Shown here: one piece after another, positions 56,861 through 64,000 of the stretch
Position numbering within the stretch: position 1 is the stretch's first letter
Layout of the letters: each line of letters opens with the position of its first letter
Made by a program: the position numbers and the translations under genes
Assembly (NCBI GenBank): GCA_021824345.1
Contig: JAKAKW010000011.1
Coordinates: 9,074 to 73,073 of the forward strand
From: a bacterium
Lineage (GTDB): Bacteria; Patescibacteriota; Minisyncoccia; Phycocordibacterales; UBA9973
Direction: 5' to 3'
DNA length: 64,000 nucleotides
Notes under the pieces: generated by a model
Seen by the model: only the letters and a program-made list of their open reading frames with translations
Told to the model about the DNA's origin: nothing
Databases searched by the model: none

Positions 56861-59019
56861 ATCTTTCCTGGGAAAAGATAAACAAGGGACTTTTACTTCT
56901 TGGACTTGTTGCCCTGCTATATAGGGAAGGGAACTTTGCCGGCACGTTTATACCAAAGCCCTTTGAAATAATATTTGTGATCTTGTGTGTTTCCACAGCT
57001 CTTTTCATGTTAAAGGGCTCAAAAATGAAGGATTTTTTCGCATCAATACCGAGAAAAATATTAATTGCCGTATGTGTAATGTTGGGGTCAGTATTTCTGG
57101 GATGGATTTCGGCTTCATTGTCCGGCATGAAGCCCAATTTCAATATGATTTTGGAGCTAGGAACTTTTTTAATCGGAATTGGCATTTTTCTTTTGATTCT
57201 TTTTTATGCTCAGGGGAACAAAGCGTATGCGCGATATTGCTTATATGCCATGCTGGTTCCGGCGATATATGCTTTTTTTATTTTCCTGTATCCCGGCACA
57301 TATCTTGGCATAAATTTAAAAATACATTTCCTGGGTTTTACGATAAATCCGAATACCATTTCAAAGATCTTATTGATCCCGGCAATGTTTTTTGTTTCTT
57401 ATTCATTATTCGAGCATCGGAACAAATGGATAAAGGCTCTGTATATTTTCTTGTCCGCTTCCATGGTTTCTCTAATATTCTGGACGGGGTCAAGAGGGTC
57501 TTTGGTAAGCCTTATAATAGGAATGGGTTTCATTTTAGTCGTATACATATTTCATGAATTCACCTGGAAAAAAATCTTCTTCGGTTCCGGAGTAATCTTA
57601 GCTATACTTATTTTGGGTCAGGGGATGTTGCCCATAGATCGACAGGAGGCATTCGTGCACAGAGTGGTCCTCACTTTTATTCATCAGCCGAATATAGTTT
57701 CCACCTTGCGAGAATATACTACTGGGGTAGTTATATATCAGAATAAAGAGGAAGAATTGGAAGGAACGATTGACATAAAACTCGTTGAGCCTAGGCTCAT
57801 TGCGTGGCCGTTCTATTTGAAATATGTGCTTCTTCATCCCCTTGGCATAGGTCCGGATACGCACAAAGATTTCGGACTTGTAGATAAAAAAGGCAATCCA
57901 ATAAATTCAGGTCCTCATAACACCTATCTTGAAATATGGCTGTGGGGAGGCATACTAGGCATCCTAAGTTTCATATACTTATTGTATTGCGCTTTTAAAA
58001 ACTTAACGGAAAGGATCAAATCTTCCTTCAGCCTGACAAATATTGCGCTACTGGCGATTCTTTTTGCTTTATCCGTATCTATTTTCTTTGATGACAGTCT
58101 TTCATTTTATTGGTTTTTCATAATCTTGGCGTTTGCCTTAATTGAAAAGGAGACTATTGCGGTCAGCATGCATATGGGAAAAGAAGAGCTAGATATTTTT
58201 GCAAAGCTGAGTTGGAACTTCAAAACGGTTTTTGATGTTGGTTCAAGAGACGATATTGATTATTTTAAGATAAAAAACGACTGCGAGTATCATTTGTTCG
58301 AACCTAATACGGAGGCTATTGCCTCAATAAAACGGAAAATTTCGAATTTAGGCGAGCACAATATAATTCTCAATGAATTCGGACTATCAGACGCCGACAA
58401 AGACAACTGCGTTTATTACAAGAACGTTCAGTCATTTATCCCGCATTGGAGTTTAGCCTCTTTTGACACTGGCGAACGTTTTTCTCTGCGTAAAATGGAT
58501 GATTATGTGGAAAATCACGGCATATCCTTCATTGATTTTCTGAAAATAGACGTTGAAGGAATGGATTATCAAGTAATACTCGGGGGCATAAATACTATTA
58601 AGCGGAACAACAAAGTATCTTTTATCCAGCTGGAATGTTCCGGTGGCAGCAGGCAATATATCGAGCTTCTGGATAATTTTGATTTTTACTTAATTATGGA
58701 TCCTAGTCTGCTGAAAGTGATCAATACTTTAAACAGAACAGGCATCGACTTCAACAAGCAATTGATCAAGATGGATGAGGATGTAATAATTTTTTTGGAT
58801 AAGACTATGGCTGAAACTGGCGCCGCGGCTTGTATTTTAGGAGTGAATAAAAACATTGATTTTTCTTTAATAATTCAAGAAAGAAAACTGGCATACAGCA
58901 TAGTTTCCGTGAACAAATCGTACAGTGGAATGGCTCTGGATTATTTTAAGATCTTATACGGTATCAAAAGGCGCTTGCGGAAAATAAGGAAGACGGTCAA
59001 AAATTTCCTCTTTACTTGA
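56857..59019 (+). CDS. Fusion: O-antigen ligase/polymerase-like membrane domain + FkbM methyltransferase
   Basis: TGSRG, PLGIG and PHNTYL motifs; then VFDVG, FEPN and FLKIDVEG. Confidence 0.82.
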   Translation: MNLSWEKINKGLLLLGLVALLYREGNFAGTFIPKPFEIIFVILCVSTALFMLKGSKMKDFFASIPRKILIAVCVMLGSVFLGWISASLSGMKPNFNMILELGTFLIGIGIFLLILFYAQGNKAYARYCLYAMLVPAIYAFFIFLYPGTYLGINLKIHFLGFTINPNTISKILLIPAMFFVSYSLFEHRNKWIKALYIFLSASMVSLIFWTGSRGSLVSLIIGMGFILVVYIFHEFTWKKIFFGSGVILAILILGQGMLPIDRQEAFVHRVVLTFIHQPNIVSTLREYTTGVVIYQNKEEELEGTIDIKLVEPRLIAWPFYLKYVLLHPLGIGPDTHKDFGLVDKKGNPINSGPHNTYLEIWLWGGILGILSFIYLLYCAFKNLTERIKSSFSLTNIALLAILFALSVSIFFDDSLSFYWFFIILAFALIEKETIAVSMHMGKEELDIFAKLSWNFKTVFDVGSRDDIDYFKIKNDCEYHLFEPNTEAIASIKRKISNLGEHNIILNEFGLSDADKDNCVYYKNVQSFIPHWSLASFDTGERFSLRKMDDYVENHGISFIDFLKIDVEGMDYQVILGGINTIKRNNKVSFIQLECSGGSRQYIELLDNFDFYLIMDPSLLKVINTLNRTGIDFNKQLIKMDEDVIIFLDKTMAETGAAACILGVNKNIDFSLIIQERKLAYSIVSVNKSYSGMALDYFKILYGIKRRLRKIRKTVKNFLFT

Positions 59020-60931
59020 AAAGCTTCCGGTATTTATCCTTGTTTTTCAAAACGTAGTCCGGCAAATCTGATTCGTCGGTCCAGTATTTGAATTTTCGGC
59101 CTCGATAATCCACGTTTTTATTCACTCTATCTTCTAAAGTTTCCAGCCAGTCTGCATAGGCTGGGTGCCGCCATTCCGCCATTTTTCTTTTTGCTCCTTC
59201 CACTCCTCCCATAAATCCGAAATGCCATCCGCCATCGTTAACCTCGGCATATCTAGTCTTTTTTCTGGTACGCAGATCATTCAGGCAATTTTCTTTTATA
59301 GTTTTGTATTGAACGGCAATTGTCCCCGTCCAACCGTTTACTTCGTTACAACGATTGTTTAAATAGTAATAGTATGCAAGCTGCTTTGGGCGGATTATCT
59401 CGCTTTTTGAAAAATCGGTAAGCCCTTTTAATTTTATTGGGTTCCATATTTCATCCAAGTCGGACACAAATACCACGTCCGTGTCATTCAGATTAAGCTT
59501 CGCAAGTGCTTTTTTCGCGCTTTCTTTCTGATAGAATTCCCGTACCCAGTAATGCTCTCCGGCGCCTACGTTGCTGTTATTCTTTGCCATTTCAAACAAG
59601 GAAGTGTCTTTAGGAAAATCATTCACCACGTAATAGGTTATCTTGTCTTTCCATTTTGCGAACCGCTCCTTGTGTTTCTCGTATTGCAGTTCATGGGGCA
59701 TTCCGGAAAAAGTTTCCGTGCTCTCCACGATCACGAATTGGTCCACGTAATCGTTCAATATATTAAGCCTGATTTCCAGGAGATCAAGTTCATTGAGCAG
59801 ATAAAACAGGTCGTATACCTTGATCCTTTTCTTATATTCGTCCAGTTCTATTTTTGATACCCAGGCCTTTTGCCTGACTTTTTCTTTTTTCAGTTCAAGG
59901 GAAGTTCTTACGAAGTTTTTTGCGCTCTGCATCTTGTAAATCACCGCCCTGGCGGCCCTTCTGGCGCTTTTCGGAAGCAATTGTTTGGCTTTTGCCTTCA
60001 TGCCTTTTGGGGCCGGCATGAAAACGGGAGCCTGATTTTGATAATAATCTTTATGTCTTTCCATATACGCCTTCAGTTCCTTTAAGCATGTATCATAATC
60101 GTTGAGATTCCCTTCCCGGTCCAGGTAATTCCACCCTTTCGTAATGTTGTATCCCAGGCTCCAGTATCCGTCCGAAACGTTGTGCCTGCCCCAATATTTC
60201 GGTGCAATGCAGAATTTTAGACTCTCGCTAAGCCAGGCGGGAAACCAAGCGAAGCTGGAATTGGACATGATGAGATAATGGGCGTTTTTAACCACGACAT
60301 AATCCTTTGCAATACTGAAATGAAATACCCCGAAATCCGGGAAGAATTTTTTGGCTGTTGAAACATCTTCGGTAATTACAATGAATCGGAAATTCGGATT
60401 GATTTTTCGCATATGCCTTACGGCATCTTCCCAATATTCTTTTCTCAAAAAAAATTCCGGATGCCTGACATACTCTCCGCCCCGGAAATTTATGACGCAG
60501 GTGTTGTCATCGGCGTAGTCATAGCATTCATATTCTTCCTTCACCTGGAGCCATTTTTTTATTTCATCCTTTCGGTGAAAAATATATTGCTCGTCTTGCA
60601 TTAATCCGTCTATTTTTGTGCCATCTTTAATGTTTACCAGATTTTTGTCATATGTTCTGATGTCTGCTCCGGAAAATGGGTGGATGATTTTTCTTTCAGT
60701 GTAATAATACTGCATGCCTTCGGGCAAGGTTTTGGGCGGTCCGCCCTCCGGGCCTTTTCCGCCTGTCACCTTACATCCGAAATCAAGATTCATAAAATTT
60801 CCCGCCTTAAATTTTTCAGGGGATTTGATACCAAAATCATATCCATTATCTAAGGAAAAAACTCTCGTTGCCACATAGCAGGCAAGCTGGTTGCCCAGTC
60901 CTTGGCCGTTGTATAACTCTGTAATTATCAT
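59012..60931 (-). CDS. Fusion: GT11-like domain + GT17-like glycosyltransferase domain
   Basis: GQGLGNQ, FRGGEY and SNSSFAWF motifs; then NELDLLEIRL, VIVES..TFSG, SDLDEI and GGWHF. Confidence 0.82.
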   Translation of the reverse strand: MIITELYNGQGLGNQLACYVATRVFSLDNGYDFGIKSPEKFKAGNFMNLDFGCKVTGGKGPEGGPPKTLPEGMQYYYTERKIIHPFSGADIRTYDKNLVNIKDGTKIDGLMQDEQYIFHRKDEIKKWLQVKEEYECYDYADDNTCVINFRGGEYVRHPEFFLRKEYWEDAVRHMRKINPNFRFIVITEDVSTAKKFFPDFGVFHFSIAKDYVVVKNAHYLIMSNSSFAWFPAWLSESLKFCIAPKYWGRHNVSDGYWSLGYNITKGWNYLDREGNLNDYDTCLKELKAYMERHKDYYQNQAPVFMPAPKGMKAKAKQLLPKSARRAARAVIYKMQSAKNFVRTSLELKKEKVRQKAWVSKIELDEYKKRIKVYDLFYLLNELDLLEIRLNILNDYVDQFVIVESTETFSGMPHELQYEKHKERFAKWKDKITYYVVNDFPKDTSLFEMAKNNSNVGAGEHYWVREFYQKESAKKALAKLNLNDTDVVFVSDLDEIWNPIKLKGLTDFSKSEIIRPKQLAYYYYLNNRCNEVNGWTGTIAVQYKTIKENCLNDLRTRKKTRYAEVNDGGWHFGFMGGVEGAKRKMAEWRHPAYADWLETLEDRVNKNVDYRGRKFKYWTDESDLPDYVLKNKDKYRKLFK

Positions 60932-61554
60932 AAGTAATCCTTCGGGATATAAACTCCTGCCTCTTTAACGTAATCGTCTACATTATTGGGCACCACATCC
61001 GGGCGCGTTCTTTTTGCCAACTCAAACATAGTCTTGCGGCCGGTTCCCAAATACTCCAGCGAGCTGGTTTTTCTGTCCCATTCTTTTACTCTTTTGGCCA
61101 GAAGTTCGGCAATCACATCCACATAATCTCCTTGGGTATATTGATCAATGTAAGCCATAGGGAAAGGGAAAGGATTCGGTTTGAACAACGTGCGCAAAAT
61201 AAGGTGCCGGGGATGCGCCTCTACTATCTCCTCGGCCAGCTTTTTACTTAAAGCGTATACGCTGAACGGATATTTTGCAGACTCGCTGGAAACGTATATG
61301 AAAGGCGTGTTTTTGTAGTGGCTTATCAGATTAAAAGTGCCATAAACGTTTACCATAAAACATTTTTCTTTATCTTCATGCTCGGCCCTGCGCACGTCCG
61401 TGTACGCGCCCGCATGCACAATCAGATCATATTCCGCTTCCGGTATTTTCCCGGTAAAGTCAAAGTCTTCTGTTCCGACATAGTGCCCCGCAAGATGTTT
61501 TTGCAGTTCTTTGCCCAGCCGGCCGGTTCCTCCCGTGATTAATATTTTATTCAT
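60928..61554 (-). CDS. Short RmlD-like sugar-nucleotide reductase
   Basis: TGGTGRLG, HAGAYTDV..AE, NV.GT and YALSK motifs. Confidence 0.8.
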   Translation of the reverse strand: MNKILITGGTGRLGKELQKHLAGHYVGTEDFDFTGKIPEAEYDLIVHAGAYTDVRRAEHEDKEKCFMVNVYGTFNLISHYKNTPFIYVSSESAKYPFSVYALSKKLAEEIVEAHPRHLILRTLFKPNPFPFPMAYIDQYTQGDYVDVIAELLAKRVKEWDRKTSSLEYLGTGRKTMFELAKRTRPDVVPNNVDDYVKEAGVYIPKDYL

Positions 61555-62233
61555 GATATTTTTTCTTCATATATTTAATTTCTTTCCTTTTTTCCCAAAA
61601 GCCTAAATGTTTGGTTGTCTGGTGCTTTCCAAGCCCGATGATAACGTTTATGTTGTTTAAAACGGTCGGCTCTCCATATTTTTCATAAAGTCTTTGGTAA
61701 TAATCGCAATCCAGCACCCAGGTCAAATTTTCATTAAACCATAAAGGATTTTCATTTGTAATGGCAAGCACCGAAGGGCTCCCTATGGTATTTTCCCCCA
61801 TTTTTAACTTATTATTGAAAGATGGGAAATGCGGTTTCATTATTTTGCCATTTTTTTCACTGTGCGCGCAGGCGGTAACCAACCAATGGCCCTTGAAATT
61901 ATCCACAACCTCCTTTAAAGAATTTTCTCCGCTCAAAAAATCGTCCATATATAATATTTTTATCAATTTTCCGGAGGCGGCCCTTATTGCTTCGTTGGTG
62001 TTTGCCGATATTCCTTTTCTCGGATTCTTGGAGTATTTAATATTTAACGAAGCATATTCCGGCCTCTCGCAGAAATTCTTTATGTCATCATTATCGGAAT
62101 TATCGGAAACTACTACTTCAAAATCTTTGAATGTCTGCTTTTTAAGCATATCAAAGCTCCTGGAGAGCAATTCAATGGCTCTACCATGCGCCTCAAAAGT
62201 CGGTATGCATACGCTTACGGCCGTTGTTCCCAT
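61547..62233 (-). CDS. GT2 glycosyltransferase
   Basis: SVCIPT, QTFKDFEVVVSD, MDD and IGSPS motifs. Confidence 0.88.
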   Translation of the reverse strand: MGTTAVSVCIPTFEAHGRAIELLSRSFDMLKKQTFKDFEVVVSDNSDNDDIKNFCERPEYASLNIKYSKNPRKGISANTNEAIRAASGKLIKILYMDDFLSGENSLKEVVDNFKGHWLVTACAHSEKNGKIMKPHFPSFNNKLKMGENTIGSPSVLAITNENPLWFNENLTWVLDCDYYQRLYEKYGEPTVLNNINVIIGLGKHQTTKHLGFWEKRKEIKYMKKKYHE

Positions 62234-62291
62234 GAGAAAATATTATCATGTATTTACCTTATATGCATTCGTAGGATATAATTGACGGGTT

Positions 62292-63182
62292 ATGGTCCAA
62301 AAAACTTTACGGGAAAGAATTTCCTACGGCATAAGGTTTAGACTACAGAGCATGTTTTTGAGGTGCTTCGCCATTTTTAATTATTTAAGGTCTAATGGCA
62401 ATGTGTATGATGAACCGTCGGTGTGCGCTTTCTATCAATGCTACAAGAGGCCCAAATGTGTCATTACTGTCCTTGATTCATTCAGGAAGGTATATCCCTC
62501 AGGCACAGTTCATTTGTTTTGCGATCAGGGGGACGATATGAGCCATATAGCCGCGCATTTCAATTGCAAGTATGAGTACATGACCAACAGATCCGGAAAC
62601 GGCACCACGCTTTTTTTCTTATCCAAAGAGCGGTTGATGTCTTATCTGGATAGATTGCTGTATGCCGCGCAAAATTCAAAAGAGGATTTTATGATGATTC
62701 TGGAAGACGACTCTTTGGTTCTTGGGAAAATAAGGAAGCTGAAATTCGATTGGAATTGCATCAAATCAAACCACCATTACAGCGGGGGAGGGGTAACTTC
62801 AATATTAAGGATCCGAAACAAATCCATCCCTTGGTATGTTCGGAATATGTACTTTGCCGGCTGGGGAGGAGTGATGCTCAATAGGGCTTTTTTTGTTGAG
62901 CACTTTTCTGACAAGGAAAAGCTTTCGGATGCGATTGACATATTATCTCCGCAGATACAGATGCAGTGGGAGGGAGCGTTGCCTATGGACGCCATCGTAA
63001 CCGCTCTCATTATTTATTTCGGCGGTACGGTTGGGTGGTATCCGGGTTTTGCCGAAACCCAATATTGGAGATATAAGCTCAGACCTCTCTTTGGAAAGAT
63101 TGACGTTGTGCACAATGCAAAAAGCTTTTACAATTCTCCGATGTCAATAGAAGAAGAAAAAATATTTTATGGCAATCAATGA
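62292..63182 (+). CDS. Hypothetical, possible GT-A fold glycosyltransferase
   Basis: SFRKVYP...LFCD.G.D, MILEDD, GGVMLN; glycan-cluster context. Confidence 0.55.
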   Translation: MVQKTLRERISYGIRFRLQSMFLRCFAIFNYLRSNGNVYDEPSVCAFYQCYKRPKCVITVLDSFRKVYPSGTVHLFCDQGDDMSHIAAHFNCKYEYMTNRSGNGTTLFFLSKERLMSYLDRLLYAAQNSKEDFMMILEDDSLVLGKIRKLKFDWNCIKSNHHYSGGGVTSILRIRNKSIPWYVRNMYFAGWGGVMLNRAFFVEHFSDKEKLSDAIDILSPQIQMQWEGALPMDAIVTALIIYFGGTVGWYPGFAETQYWRYKLRPLFGKIDVVHNAKSFYNSPMSIEEEKIFYGNQ

Positions 63183-63850
63183 TAGTCTGTGGTATATTCT
63201 CCATTATTCTTTAAGTCAATCCTTATACGTGCTGCTGCTCTTAAAATACTATATGGAATTTCCTGTTTTTTCACATCTCCTTTTTTCGAATAGTTTAGCA
63301 ATCTTTCCGCTTCTGCCACAAGACGCTTTCTCGTATCTAGATCATCCATGTCTAATGGTTCGTCAGCTGGGCAGTTTATGTATTTGATCTCCGGGTGTTG
63401 TTCTTGAAAAGTGGCCCAAGCCCTGCGCTGGTGAATAGGGCGGGAAACTATGATAATCTGCTTTGGATCTATGCCGTTTTTCCTTATGAAAGGAATAGCT
63501 TCTCTCGCCTCTACTAGAGTGTTATCCGAAATGCTTTCTGTCAAGATGGCCTCAGGAGGCACTTTCAGCTTTTCTAATACTTCTTTGTACTTCTCATTTT
63601 CAGGGACCTCCCAGTCTTTGTTGCTGAATGATCCTTTTGTGGCAATAGCGACTACATGCTCGGAATACCCCTTCTTGTATAGTTCAGCCCCCTTCTCCGC
63701 TGGACCGACGGTAGATCCGCCAAATAGGAAGATTGCATCTGATCTTTCAGGTTTATCTTCTACTTTTAAATACTCAAAGAATGTCTGCATCGCCTTTTTC
63801 AGCTCCTCTTTTTTTTCGCTTTCATTTTTGTTGCTTATTTCTTCATTCAT
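63176..63850 (-). CDS. YdcF/DUF218 family protein
   Basis: DAIFLFG, E..SDNT..E and IIVSRPIHQRRA motifs. Confidence 0.88.
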   Translation of the reverse strand: MNEEISNKNESEKKEELKKAMQTFFEYLKVEDKPERSDAIFLFGGSTVGPAEKGAELYKKGYSEHVVAIATKGSFSNKDWEVPENEKYKEVLEKLKVPPEAILTESISDNTLVEAREAIPFIRKNGIDPKQIIIVSRPIHQRRAWATFQEQHPEIKYINCPADEPLDMDDLDTRKRLVAEAERLLNYSKKGDVKKQEIPYSILRAAARIRIDLKNNGEYTTDYH

Positions 63851-64000
63851 ATTATTTTTGATTTATCAATATTTTTGAAGATCTTTATATTGTAATAATA
63901 ATCGTTTGAAAAATCTCCATATTCATCTATATGTTTGTATATATCCCTGACGATATCCTCTATGCCGTATCTTGGGGCATATTCAAGGACTGATTCGGCT
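63847..64000 (-). CDS. C-terminus of a probable NAD-dependent epimerase (starts beyond the window)
   Basis: Manual translation AESVLEYAPRYGIEDIVRDIYKHIDEYGDFSNDYYYNIKIFKNIDKSKII*; its stop overlaps the next ATG. Confidence 0.55.
   Translation of the reverse strand, partial: AESVLEYAPRYGIEDIVRDIYKHIDEYGDFSNDYYYNIKIFKNIDKSKII

Noticed and set aside
61899-61907. Perfect DnaA box TTATCCACA
   Set aside because: An isolated copy inside a coding sequence, compatible with chance.

Overview
This is a chromosomal segment of a small-genome bacterium, most consistent with Patescibacteria/CPR (Parcubacteria-like). The inference rests on gene content: a homodimeric-type GlyRS, IleRS with an inserted histidine-phosphatase domain, split ComEC, a very large secreted multidomain protein, and genes apparently started from extended -10 boxes without Shine-Dalgarno sequences. 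It contains the nusA 5' end, a protein with a type IX secretion C-terminal tail, a ~1875-aa surface protein, housekeeping genes (tpiA, pgk, recJ, rnhA, comEC, sod, glyA, tmk, dut, argS, ileS, recO, glyQS, metG, tatD, rpsF-ssb-rpsR, efp, intein-containing recA, ftsK), an S-layer-like gene, and a ~17 kb glycan cluster with three enzyme fusions. No tRNA, rRNA, CRISPR array or transposase was recognised. The strongest unexplained signals are three. (1) A four-helix-bundle/winged-helix gene beside ftsK is densely studded with (AA)GGACA sites on both strands and in several frames. (2) A family of 110-150 bp fold-back elements has unrelated arms but a shared GA-GC...GC-GA tandem G.A core, and one copy is translated inside IleRS. 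(3) Two REP-like palindrome families share a GGAGG-N5-CCTCC core. All annotations were made by eye, with no database search.
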